64,000 bases of DNA from Patescibacteria group bacterium (lineage in GTDB: Bacteria > Patescibacteriota > Microgenomatia > UBA1400 > PJMF01), in NCBI GenBank assembly GCA_041747555.1, contig JBGTEY010000010.1, positions 2,958-66,957 on the forward strand, written 5' to 3'. Each line of letters begins with the position of its first letter. Position 1 is the stretch's first letter. The position numbers and the translations under genes were made by a program. The notes under the pieces are model-generated. The model ran no database searches and was not told the origin of the DNA. It was given only the letters and a program-made list of their open reading frames with translations. Of this stretch, positions 55,206-64,000 are shown piece after piece.

Positions 55206-57368
55206 ATGCCTGCCGCCCATCACTTACGACCATTATTTCAACCGCTTTCTGTGGCAGTTGTTGGAGCATCCAGAGAAGAGAAAAAATTAGGTCACATTAT
55301 TGTTCGAAATATCATTGAATCAGGCTTTGAAGGCAAAGTATTTCCCGTTAATCCCAAAGCAGAGGCCGTTCGTGGATTGTCCTGCTATCCAGAATATAGT
55401 GCTCTGCCAGAGACCCCTGATTTGGCAATAATAGCCATCCCTGCAGCATTTATTCTCAAGACGCTTGAGCAAATTTCTAAAAAAGGTACCAAGCACGTGG
55501 TCATTCTCAGTGCTGGGTTTAAAGAAATCGGTGATGAAGGGATCAAATTAGAAGCTGAAATTGTGGAGTATGCCAGTAAAAAAGGCATGTATATCCTGGG
55601 TCCCAATTGCCTCGGGTTTGTAACTGCGCGACATCCAATCAATGCGACATTTGGTCAAGGTATTGAAAATACCGGCAACTTGCGGTTTATTTCTCAGTCA
55701 GGTGCGATTGCGACGAGTATTTTTGATTGGTCGGCGTTCACAGGTGTGGGATTTAGTGATTTTGTAACTTTAGGAAATAAGGCAGTATTAGCTGAGCACG
55801 ATATTCTTGAATACTGGTTGCACGAAACACCACTTGGGAGTTCTGACGCTGAACTACAAGGCTATCATCCTGTTGGTCTTTATCTGGAATCAATCACCGA
55901 TGGTAAAAAATTCTTAGAACTTGCGCAAAAAATTACCAAAAATAGCCCCATGTTCATGATCAAGCCAGGCAAATCCGATGCAGCCAAAAAAGCAATGCAG
56001 TCACACACGGGTTCCCTTGCAGGTGATGATGTAGTTCTCAGCCAAGCGCTTGATGAAGTTGGAGTGATTCGTTGTGAAGGTCTCGAGGATGTATTTGATT
56101 TATCAAGACTTTTTGCCTGGACCAAAGCACCCACTGGCCCGAGAATTGCAGTCATCTCAAATGCAGGAGGACCGGCTGTCATGAGTAGCGACATCATTGC
56201 GGCAGAAGGCCTTGAGCTTGCAGAGATAGACGCTGCCACGCATCGCAAACTTGAAAAACACTTACCGAGAGCTGCAAGTCTTGTCAATCCAATTGACGTG
56301 TTGGGAGACGCACTCGCGGATCGATACGAACAGGCAATTGATACTATTTTTGATGAAGCATCGGTTGATGCGGTTCTAGTCCTGCTCACTCCTCAGGTCA
56401 TGACCCAGATTGAAGAAACAGCTTCAGTGATTGCTCGACTTGCAAAAAAACACCCCAAACCAATTATTTGCTCTTTCATGGGTGGCAGCCAGATTCTAAA
56501 AGGTGAAGAGATTCTCAATGCGGCGCACATTCCGTCATTCAGATTTCCAGAGAGAGCAATCCGCGCACTGGGCAAAATGTGGTGGTGGCAAAACTGGAGA
56601 ACAGAGCAAGAATTTGCACCAGCTAAAAAAATCACCTCAGCGCCAACCAAAAACCTAACGACAAATCACATCAGCAAGATCCTCAAAACCGCACAAAAAC
56701 AAAAAAGAACTACACTCGATAATTTTGAAACCAATACCATCCTTGATATTCTTGGGCTGAATACACCACACACGGCTGTCGTCAAATCTTTTGAAGAAGC
56801 CGAGCTCTTTACCAAAAACGTGGGCGCGCCGGTGGTGCTTAAACTCTCAGCACCAGGATTACTCCACAAAGCAGACGTTGGTGGCGTCATTGCAGGCATA
56901 CGAACCAGAGATGAGTTGAAAAAGGCATTCTCTAGATTAGAAACAGCTTCAAAAAAACTTTCAAAAAAACAGGATTTTTCGATCCAAATTCAAATTCAGC
57001 AACAGGTTGAATCGGGAATCGAAGTGCTGGTGGGAATTAAGAGAGATCCAACCTTTGGCTCAATAGTTTTAATCGGCGCAGGTGGCTCACTAGCTGAAAT
57101 GGTTGGAGATACGCAAATTACGCTTGCGCCCAAAAATTCTTCAGAACTAAAAAGACTACTTGGAAGCACCAAAATTGGCACACTTCTCTCTGGCTACAGA
57201 GGGAGTAAGGCATACGCAATCGATCAATTACTCGAGGTAATTGTCCAGCTCCAATCGCTACTTCACCACGATCAGCTCAGCGAATTTGAAATCAATCCGG
57301 TGATCGTCACCAAAGATACCGCTTGGGTGGTGGACGGTAAAGCAGTGCTGTCATCTACTGACAGTTAG
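55206..57368 (+). CDS. Acetyl-CoA synthetase (ADP-forming), fused alpha+beta (NDP-forming acyl-CoA synthetase family)
   Basis: N-terminal CoA-binding Rossmann region (VAVVGAS...). Catalytic-His region of the succinyl-CoA-synthetase-like domain. C-terminal ATP-grasp region. 720 aa. Confidence 0.8.
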   Translation: MPAAHHLRPLFQPLSVAVVGASREEKKLGHIIVRNIIESGFEGKVFPVNPKAEAVRGLSCYPEYSALPETPDLAIIAIPAAFILKTLEQISKKGTKHVVILSAGFKEIGDEGIKLEAEIVEYASKKGMYILGPNCLGFVTARHPINATFGQGIENTGNLRFISQSGAIATSIFDWSAFTGVGFSDFVTLGNKAVLAEHDILEYWLHETPLGSSDAELQGYHPVGLYLESITDGKKFLELAQKITKNSPMFMIKPGKSDAAKKAMQSHTGSLAGDDVVLSQALDEVGVIRCEGLEDVFDLSRLFAWTKAPTGPRIAVISNAGGPAVMSSDIIAAEGLELAEIDAATHRKLEKHLPRAASLVNPIDVLGDALADRYEQAIDTIFDEASVDAVLVLLTPQVMTQIEETASVIARLAKKHPKPIICSFMGGSQILKGEEILNAAHIPSFRFPERAIRALGKMWWWQNWRTEQEFAPAKKITSAPTKNLTTNHISKILKTAQKQKRTTLDNFETNTILDILGLNTPHTAVVKSFEEAELFTKNVGAPVVLKLSAPGLLHKADVGGVIAGIRTRDELKKAFSRLETASKKLSKKQDFSIQIQIQQQVESGIEVLVGIKRDPTFGSIVLIGAGGSLAEMVGDTQITLAPKNSSELKRLLGSTKIGTLLSGYRGSKAYAIDQLLEVIVQLQSLLHHDQLSEFEINPVIVTKDTAWVVDGKAVLSSTDS

Positions 57369-57392
57369 AGTGCGATCTGATAAAGTATCCGT

Positions 57393-57878
57393 ATGCAACC
57401 AACAACTCAAGATGTCGTTGTGATCTACGCCTCTACTTCAGGTAATACTGAAGCAGTCATTGAGACCGTTGTTGCCGTCTGGAAAGACCGTGGATTGAAC
57501 ACATCAGTGCATCGTGCTGAGCAAGTTGATATTGGATTGATCGATCGTGCTACTTTTTTTCTCCTGGCCACGTCTACATGGGAACATGGAGTAATCAACC
57601 CATTTTTTAAGCCAGTCTACACAGCACTTTCAGAAAAAATGTTAGTAGGAAAATACGCAGCCTTTATCGGCACGGGTGACACTCGATATGAGCCGGTTTT
57701 ATTTTGCGGTGGCATGAATTCACTGCGTGAACGATGGCTCGAGCGAGGGGGTCAAGAAATAGGTCCTCCTCTCAAAATTAACGGAGAGCCGTATCAACAA
57801 TTGCGAACAAGAGTAACCGACTGGGCAGTGGCAGAAGAACTAAAATTTAAAGAAATTATGGCAGTACACACCTCATGA
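57393..57878 (+). CDS. Flavodoxin-like protein
   Basis: FMN-binding loop VVIYASTSGNTEAV. ~160 aa. ATGA-coupled to the korA-like gene (57875-57878). Confidence 0.6.
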   Translation: MQPTTQDVVVIYASTSGNTEAVIETVVAVWKDRGLNTSVHRAEQVDIGLIDRATFFLLATSTWEHGVINPFFKPVYTALSEKMLVGKYAAFIGTGDTRYEPVLFCGGMNSLRERWLERGGQEIGPPLKINGEPYQQLRTRVTDWAVAEELKFKEIMAVHTS

Positions 57879-59650
57879 AGCAAACCCCCCTCACTACCAA
57901 CCGACTGCAGAGACTAGTCATTAAGGCAGCAGGAGAGTCAGGGCAAGGCGTCAACTCTGTCGGTGAAGTCTTTGCCAAGTCAATCAAAGAAAGTGGGCTC
58001 TATACCTTTGGATACAGAGAGTATCCATCTCTCATCAAAGGCGGCTGGGCATCACATCAAATTGATATTTCTTCGACTCCAATTAATAGCTCGTCGTCGC
58101 ACTGCGATATCTTGATGTGCCTGAGTCGAGTTTCTGTAAAAGCGTACATGACTACTGTTCGTCCTGGCGGCACGATCGTGCACGCGATCCCTAAATTATT
58201 TTTTACCGAAGAAGAAAAGACATTTCTTGAACAAAATCAAATTGCGGTCAAGCACGTTCCAGCCGCAAAAATTGCCATAGAAACAGGCGGTATGTCTGTA
58301 ATGGCAAACACAGTGCTCGTTGGAGTTGTGTGGCGCATGATGGGTTTGGAACTTAAACCAGTTGAAGCAGTTATTGCCAGCACATTTGCAAAAAAACCAG
58401 ACGTCATTGAGCCTAATGTTGCTTGCTTACGAGCGGGTCACACATTCGATATAGGAGAATTTCAGTTGAAAGGTCCAGTATTTACGTTTGATCCCACACT
58501 GGAATCCACAATGCTCATCACTGGGAATCACGCCCTCTCGCTCGGAGCTGTTGCGGCTGGTGTGAGAGTATTTTACGCCTACCCAATGACGCCTAGCAGT
58601 TCAATTTTGTCCTATTTAGCAAGTATTTACCATAAAACTGGCATGGTGGTAAAGCAAATTGAGGACGAAATCACGGTTGCACAAATGGGTTTAGGATCAA
58701 TGTTTGCGGGAACTCGCGCCCTAGTTGCTACATCTGGTGGAGGATTTGATTTGATGACAGAGACAGTATCGCTGTCTGGAATGACAGAGACTCCATTCGT
58801 TTGTATTTTGGCGCAGCGGCCAGGTCCTGCGACTGGTTTGCCAACCTGGACGAGCGCGAGTGATTTAAATATTGCGGTGTACGCTGGACATGGTGAATAC
58901 ACTCGATTGGTTGTGGCGGGAAGCGATCTATCCTCGTGCTACACACTTATCCAAAAAGCTTTTAATTTCGCAGAAAAATATCAAATTCCTGTGATTGTGC
59001 TCACTGAGAAACAAATAGCCGAGTCACTTTTCCAACTCAGAGATTTTCCCAAGGATGAGCCAATCGAGCGACATTTTGTGCCAGAACAAGAGCGGTCGGC
59101 GCTCGTAAGTAGTGACAGGTTTGCTTTAACAGAATCAGGAGTATCCAAGCGATGGGCTCCTGACATGGCAGAAGCTACTTATGACGCAAATAGCGACGAA
59201 CACCTCGAGGATGGTAGTTTGACTGAAGACGCAGAACCCTCGCAAGCAATGTACGAAAAGCGTCTCAGAAAAGCCAACACGCTCAAAATGGAACTCCCTG
59301 AACCAGAATTTTACGGATTAAAAGATGCAGTGATGACCTTTGTGGGTTGGGGAAGTGTCAAGCACGCCGTAATTGACGCCCTTGCACTCTGGAATACAGA
59401 ACGACCTGACATGACGTGCAACTATCTGCACTATGAATATCTCTGGCCGTTGAGAACTGACACCTTTAAGGAATTAATTGCTCAAAATCAACCCATGGTC
59501 TTGATCGAGCAAAATGCATTTGGTCAATTAGGAGCGCTTCTCACCCAGGAAACGGGCTATATGTTTAAAGAAAAACTGCTTAAATACGACGGAAGACCAT
59601 TTTTTGTTGAAGACTTGATTGGATTTTTGGAAGAGAGGAGTTCGTCATGA
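57875..59650 (+). CDS. korA: 2-oxoacid:ferredoxin/flavodoxin oxidoreductase, alpha subunit (gamma-alpha fused, KorA/PorA-like)
   Basis: N-terminal gamma-like domain, then POR_N/transketolase-like alpha domain (GYPMTPSSSIL...ATSGGGFDLMTE). Confidence 0.8.
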   Translation: MKQTPLTTNRLQRLVIKAAGESGQGVNSVGEVFAKSIKESGLYTFGYREYPSLIKGGWASHQIDISSTPINSSSSHCDILMCLSRVSVKAYMTTVRPGGTIVHAIPKLFFTEEEKTFLEQNQIAVKHVPAAKIAIETGGMSVMANTVLVGVVWRMMGLELKPVEAVIASTFAKKPDVIEPNVACLRAGHTFDIGEFQLKGPVFTFDPTLESTMLITGNHALSLGAVAAGVRVFYAYPMTPSSSILSYLASIYHKTGMVVKQIEDEITVAQMGLGSMFAGTRALVATSGGGFDLMTETVSLSGMTETPFVCILAQRPGPATGLPTWTSASDLNIAVYAGHGEYTRLVVAGSDLSSCYTLIQKAFNFAEKYQIPVIVLTEKQIAESLFQLRDFPKDEPIERHFVPEQERSALVSSDRFALTESGVSKRWAPDMAEATYDANSDEHLEDGSLTEDAEPSQAMYEKRLRKANTLKMELPEPEFYGLKDAVMTFVGWGSVKHAVIDALALWNTERPDMTCNYLHYEYLWPLRTDTFKELIAQNQPMVLIEQNAFGQLGALLTQETGYMFKEKLLKYDGRPFFVEDLIGFLEERSSS

Positions 59651-60543
59651 GTTGCACCCACGCATGTCAAACTGGCGCACCTAAAATTGCAGATTACTTT
59701 TCTAAAAATATTTATACTTGGTGCACTAATTGTGGTAATTATGGAATTCATGGAGCACTTAAACGAGCGCTCGTTGCGCAAAAAATCCCCCCTTGCAAGG
59801 CGGTTTTATGTTTTGACATCGGGTGTAATGGTAACGGTTCTGACAAAATAGACGGCTATCGTTTTCACGGTCTCCATGGTCGTATAATTTCATTTGCAAG
59901 TGGGGTGGCTGTAGCTAACTCCAATTTGATGGTCGTGGCGTCTGCTGGGGATGGCGCAACTTTTGGAGAAGGGATTGGACATTTAATTCATGGAATTCGA
60001 GGGAATTATAATATTACGTTTTTGTTTCATAATAATTTGAATTATGGCCTGACCAAGGGTCAAGCCTCTCCTACCACCAAGCCAGGAACAGGCATGAACT
60101 CATCTCCAGACGGCATTAATTCTGAACCAGTGCATCCAATGAGATTGGTGTTGGCGCTTAATCCAACGTTTGCAGCAAGAAGTTTCTCTGGTGACGTCAA
60201 ACATCTAGATCATGTTCTACAGCGAGCCATGTTGCATCGGGGGTTTAGTTTTGTAGAAATTTTGCAAAGTTGTCCCACCTATAATAAGCAAACTCCGCAT
60301 GAATGGTATCAAGAACGCGTTTTTGATGTCGGTAGCTTAGAAAACTATGACGCGAGTTCTCTGACTTCAGCCATGCAAGTATCGGCTGATTTAGAAGAAA
60401 AAGTAGCTGTAGGCGTACTGTATCAAGATAAAAGTCGTAGGCCATTTATTGAAAATCAAGCAAATAGAATGGAATACACAACTACTGTAGTAGAAGAAGT
60501 ACTCCCATTTGACATTGCAGAACTTGCAAATACATTTCGATAG
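59647..60543 (+). CDS. korB: 2-oxoacid:ferredoxin oxidoreductase, beta subunit (TPP-binding)
   Basis: TPP motif GDGATFGEGIGHLIHG...NNLNYGLTKGQ. N-terminal Cys cluster. ATGA-coupled to korA. Confidence 0.8.
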   Translation: MSCTHACQTGAPKIADYFSKNIYTWCTNCGNYGIHGALKRALVAQKIPPCKAVLCFDIGCNGNGSDKIDGYRFHGLHGRIISFASGVAVANSNLMVVASAGDGATFGEGIGHLIHGIRGNYNITFLFHNNLNYGLTKGQASPTTKPGTGMNSSPDGINSEPVHPMRLVLALNPTFAARSFSGDVKHLDHVLQRAMLHRGFSFVEILQSCPTYNKQTPHEWYQERVFDVGSLENYDASSLTSAMQVSADLEEKVAVGVLYQDKSRRPFIENQANRMEYTTTVVEEVLPFDIAELANTFR

Positions 60544-60564
60544 CAGACCGTTTACAATAAAACT

Positions 60565-61350
60565 ATGAACCAAATCCAGCAAGTGCCTGCCCGGCAAGAA
60601 ATACCAGAATTAGATCCTCACGAGCTTGAACTCCCTCCCATTGCGCAACAATCCTATTTTGACGACGTGCCAGCAGAAGATTTGCAATCGGTGCCGTTTC
60701 CTCGTAAAGCACTTTTTGCAATCTTGATAGCGCTTGGGTTATTTGTGCTATTTGGTGGATGGTGGTGGTATGAGCAGCAGCAACCGACTCAAACCGTGAT
60801 TCAAGACTTCCAACTCGAGGATCAAAGTGATCTTGGTGATGAAGAATTTACTGAGAACGGTAATCAAATGGAACTAGAAAATGGGATGCTGACTGAGCCA
60901 GTAGAAATATTTACAATCCCCGCTGACTCGAGATGGGAAGATAATCGCTGGCGTTTTGAACTGACTCAAGTGCACTTAGCACCACAGGTGTCTGATTTGA
61001 TAGAAGAAAATGGAGAAGTCTTCGCAGACAATAATTACCTCGTATTCGAAATCACCGTCACAGATACTAGAGATGTGGGTGAGTCCCGCATTGTGTTGGC
61101 GCATGATTATGTGAATATTCGAAGAGAAAGTAGAAATGAGACGCCACTTGGTGAAAATTATCTCTCGCTCTTTCCGGGACAATCTGATACCGTCTTCGTA
61201 ATTTTTCGAGTACCTCAAGATGAATTAACCTTTTTAGGATTGACCGGAATATTATCTAATCCATACCTTGTAGAGATTGATACTTCAGATCCAGCAGCCC
61301 TGCAGCGGGTTGGCTTACTGCTCAAAGAAGAAGGGTATGTTGAAAACTAA
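60565..61350 (+). CDS. Membrane-anchored DUF4352-like (Ig-like) domain protein
   Basis: Acidic N-terminus, one TM (ALFAILIALGLFVLFGGWWW). C-terminal NNYLVFEITVTDTRDVGESRIVLAHDYVNI...SDTVFVIFRVPQDE matches the DUF4352 pattern. Confidence 0.45.
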   Translation: MNQIQQVPARQEIPELDPHELELPPIAQQSYFDDVPAEDLQSVPFPRKALFAILIALGLFVLFGGWWWYEQQQPTQTVIQDFQLEDQSDLGDEEFTENGNQMELENGMLTEPVEIFTIPADSRWEDNRWRFELTQVHLAPQVSDLIEENGEVFADNNYLVFEITVTDTRDVGESRIVLAHDYVNIRRESRNETPLGENYLSLFPGQSDTVFVIFRVPQDELTFLGLTGILSNPYLVEIDTSDPAALQRVGLLLKEEGYVEN

Positions 61351-61395
61351 CTCATGTCTTCGAATTGAAAGAGTTTCATAGTATAGTGCGTTCAT

Positions 61396-62262
61396 ATGCC
61401 GGATAAATTTGCAGCTACTTGGGTATCTCATTCATCAATGTCAGATTTTTTACAGTGTCCGCGGGCATATTACTTAAAGAACGTGTACAAAGATCCCAAT
61501 ACAGGCCACAAAGTTCAAATTGTTTCACCTGCACTTGCGCTCGGTTCGGCTGTGCATGAAGTTATCGAGGCACTCTCAGAGACACCTACAGACAAGCGTT
61601 TCTCAAAATCTCTTATCGAGCAATTCGAAGTAGTCTGGAAAAAACACAAGGGCAAGCGCGGTGGTTTCCATGATCAAGCTCAAGAAGACCAGTATAAGGA
61701 GCAAGGACATGAGATGCTTCGCAGAGTCATGAAGAATCCTGGTCCACTCAAAAATCTGGCGGTCAAGATTAAGGCGGACCTCCCACAATACTGGTTGTCA
61801 GAGAATGACGAAATCATACTGTGTGGAAAGATCGACTGGCTTGAATATTTCCCCGATCGGGATTCAGTCCACATCATTGACTTCAAGACAAGCAAGCGCA
61901 AAGATGCCAATTCAACGCTTCAATTACCAATTTACAACCTACTCGCCAGCAATACTCAGCGCCGAAAAGTAGAAAAAGCCAGCTACTGGTTTCTTCGTCT
62001 TGAGGATGAACCAGAAGAGCAAGTATTGCCTGACCTCTCAGATGCTCACGAACAAATTCTAACTATTGCCAAGCAAGTTAAGCTCGCCAGAAAGCTCGAG
62101 CGTTTTCCGTGTTCGCAAGGAACGGGCTGTTTTGCCTGTCGTCCGATGGAAGAAATTTTGGCAGGAAATGCAGAACTTGTCGGTGAAAACGACTTTCGGC
62201 AAGATATGTATATTCTAAATTCACCCATAGATGAGGAAAAAATGAGCAGTGAAATTTTATAA
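61396..62262 (+). CDS. Cas4/RecB-like PD-(D/E)xK nuclease with four-Cys (Fe-S) cluster, solitary
   Basis: N-terminal Cys (LQCPRAYYL). D (IDWLEY), D-x-K (IIDFKTSK) and QxxxY (LQLPIYNLL). Three C-terminal Cys (CSQGTGCFAC). No cas genes in the window. Confidence 0.6.
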   Translation: MPDKFAATWVSHSSMSDFLQCPRAYYLKNVYKDPNTGHKVQIVSPALALGSAVHEVIEALSETPTDKRFSKSLIEQFEVVWKKHKGKRGGFHDQAQEDQYKEQGHEMLRRVMKNPGPLKNLAVKIKADLPQYWLSENDEIILCGKIDWLEYFPDRDSVHIIDFKTSKRKDANSTLQLPIYNLLASNTQRRKVEKASYWFLRLEDEPEEQVLPDLSDAHEQILTIAKQVKLARKLERFPCSQGTGCFACRPMEEILAGNAELVGENDFRQDMYILNSPIDEEKMSSEIL

Positions 62263-62322
62263 ACCTACAAGGCAAAATTGCCCTTTACATTTACTTTAAA
62301 ATCTGAGCATAATGGATAACAT

Positions 62323-63075
62323 ATGAAATACGCTAAATACCTCTCCTCATTTTTTGTGGGTGCCTTCATCTTCCTTGCACTTGCCTCTAATGCACATGCC
62401 GCACAACTTAATGAAGCCTACCTTAGGTTAGACAGAATGAAGGCATCGACAACCACAGGTGGTACCGTTTGTGCAAAAATCGCAACGACTGCTAGCACAG
62501 ATGCCAAACTGCTCGTTACGTTTCCTACTGGCTTTACCGTTAATACCACTGCAGGCAATTGGACTGTCACAACCACTAACCTCCCAGATGGTGCAACCGC
62601 TATGCCTGGAATCAGCACTGCTACTGCAGCTAGCGGACAAATAGTGACGTTTCCGATCACAGACATCAGTTCTGACACTACACTCTACTGCTTCAACTTC
62701 ACCGGCACGGATACCCTGACGACACCAGGCGCAGGTAGCGATCTAACAGGCACTATTGCAACAACAACCTCAGCGGATGCCGCAATTGATAGTGGAGCAT
62801 ATGCGACCTCAATCATCTCAGATGATCAGATTTCTGTAACCGCTACAGTGCCTTCTACCTTCACATTGGCATTGTCAGCAAACAGTCAAGCACTTGGTAC
62901 ACTCAGCACGGGTTCAGTCACTTCAGGGTCTGGAGTAGATGTCACCGTGACCACAAACGCTGGAAATGGATGGATTGGATGGGTCTTAAGCGCCAACCAA
63001 GCACTTGACTCGACAGCAACAGGTGCATCAATTGCTACCTCTGGAACTGTCGATAACTCACCCACAACACTCTGA
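62323..63075 (+). CDS. Secreted Thr/Ser/Ala-rich surface protein
   Basis: Signal peptide with AHA cleavage site. >30% Thr+Ser, beta-rich. Followed by a terminator. Confidence 0.5.
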   Translation: MKYAKYLSSFFVGAFIFLALASNAHAAQLNEAYLRLDRMKASTTTGGTVCAKIATTASTDAKLLVTFPTGFTVNTTAGNWTVTTTNLPDGATAMPGISTATAASGQIVTFPITDISSDTTLYCFNFTGTDTLTTPGAGSDLTGTIATTTSADAAIDSGAYATSIISDDQISVTATVPSTFTLALSANSQALGTLSTGSVTSGSGVDVTVTTNAGNGWIGWVLSANQALDSTATGASIATSGTVDNSPTTL

Positions 63076-63101
63076 GACCGTTCAAAAACGGTCACCTTTT
63101 T
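63076..63101 (+). terminator. Rho-independent terminator
   Basis: GACCGTT-caaa-AACGGTC (perfect 7-bp stem) followed by ACCTTTTT, immediately after the stop at 63073-63075. Confidence 0.55.
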
Positions 63102-63168
63102 CACCTAGTTTAGATTGGTAAATCGTTCCCAATTAGTGTTTTGACTCAGTCAAACGTATGATTGAGGG

Positions 63169-64000
63169 ATGAAAAACAATCCAATATGCCCCAAATGTAG
63201 AAATAAATCGTGGAAGAAAGGAAAACGCCACGGCAAAATTAAGTACCAATGTCAAACCTGTAAACACTGGTTTCAAGTCAATCGTAGTCGAGAAAAGATT
63301 GAACCAAAAAAGTTATTAATTCAACATTTAAGTGGCATTTCATTTCGAAATTTGGCCGATTTGCACGATTGCAGTGTCGGCACAGCATACAATCGGGTCG
63401 AACAAGGACTTAAAAAGCTTCCAACCTGTATTGACGTCACTCGGTGGTATTGTCAGAAATTTCAAGGTATTTTATTGGTTGATGGCAAATATGTGAAAGT
63501 CAAGAAAAACACACGAAAAATTCCAGTTTTGTACGGCGTAGACTACAAAACACACGACATTCCACACTATCGCCTGACCAAAGCCGAAGACTATTTAAAC
63601 TGCAAAAAGTACTTTGAATCAATCAAATTAACAGATTACCCACTCCAAGCAATTGTTTGTGATGACAATATCAATATTTATAACGCAGCAAAATATGTGT
63701 TTCCAAATGTAGTTATTCAACTTTGCCATGTTCACTTCTTGAGGAATGTAAAATACTCACTTGATCTAGATACAAACCAATATCACCAACTTTTTTATCC
63801 AGTCTTGAGTAAATTATTAATTGAAAAACGAAGCAAGCAAGACTTTGAAAAGAAGGCAGCGAATCTGGTCAAACAATTTTCAAAAGATGAAGTATGTAGT
63901 AGTATTTTAATTGATTTAGCAAGGAAACAGTCACTTCTGCAAGGCTATCTGCAGCATTGTGGAACTCCCACAACCACAAACTTAATTGAGTCCATGAACT
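63169..64000 (+). mobile_element. Transposase gene (N-terminal zinc ribbon + DDE-type core; IS1595-like or IS1-like), 3' end cut by window edge
   Basis: Not in the ORF track because there is no stop before the window edge. Manual translation from ATG 63169 gives MKNNPICPKCRNKSWKKGKRHGKIKYQCQTCKHWF (CxxC...CxxC). Acidic candidates follow in DDE-like order: LLVDGKYVKVKK, then AIVCDDNINIYNAAKY...HVHFLRN. Terminal inverted repeats not identified. Confidence 0.5.

Noticed and set aside
62262-62322. GGCAA-aa-TTGCC palindrome after the Cas4-like gene.
   Set aside because: The stem is only 5 bp with a 2-nt loop, so it is not a convincing terminator. It could be the promoter region of the downstream gene.
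1-64000. CRISPR arrays, rRNA and tRNA genes.
   Set aside because: No regularly spaced direct repeats, no rRNA-like conserved stretches and no convincing tRNA cloverleaf signatures (GTTCGAATC-type T-loops with acceptor stems) were seen by eye. tRNAs cannot be formally excluded without tRNAscan-SE or Aragorn.

Overview
This is a 64-kb window of a moderately AT-rich bacterial chromosome (composition judged by eye, not computed) using the standard genetic code (TGA, TAA and TAG all terminate genes). It holds about 70 protein-coding genes at high coding density. There are repeated 4-bp ATGA start/stop overlaps. Several ORFs in the supplied track begin at TTG or GTG but are better explained by downstream in-frame ATG starts, some with AGGAG-type ribosome-binding sites. 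I recognised no rRNA, tRNA or CRISPR array, but tRNAs cannot be excluded by eye alone.

Recognisable content:
- Housekeeping genes: TypA/BipA, a DEAD-box helicase, an ABC-F ATPase, TruB and glucose-6-phosphate isomerase.
- A fermentative energy operon: fused ADP-forming acetyl-CoA synthetase, flavodoxin, and 2-oxoacid:ferredoxin oxidoreductase alpha and beta subunits.
- A metal and thiol-redox cluster: an Asp/Met-rich lipoprotein, DipZ, Fur/Zur with a palindromic operator in its promoter, and a ZIP transporter. A cupredoxin and a DsbA-like protein lie elsewhere.
- An OmpR-type two-component system followed by an LTXXQ (CpxP/Spy-like) periplasmic protein.
- A BlaI/BlaR1-like pair.
- Several very large secreted or anchored proteins: 5xPA14 plus an SGNH esterase domain, a parallel beta-helix protein, a collagen-like protein and a Thr-rich protein.

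This repertoire fits a small-genome fermentative organism with abundant large secreted proteins, possibly Patescibacteria-like; that is inference only.

The most unusual stretch is roughly 5-13 kb:
- A divergent pair: a 234-aa protein with two DxxxD motifs spaced as in squalene/phytoene synthases, and a 512-aa protein with a protein-kinase-like motif order in its C-terminus.
- A DinB-like / MazG-like / PD-(D/E)xK-DUF2075 ATPase / acidic-protein gene string that looks like an undescribed defence-type module.
- A three-domain eRF1/Pelota-like protein lacking the GGQ motif.

The 3' edge carries a solitary Cas4-like Fe-S nuclease and a zinc-ribbon plus DDE transposase truncated by the window end.
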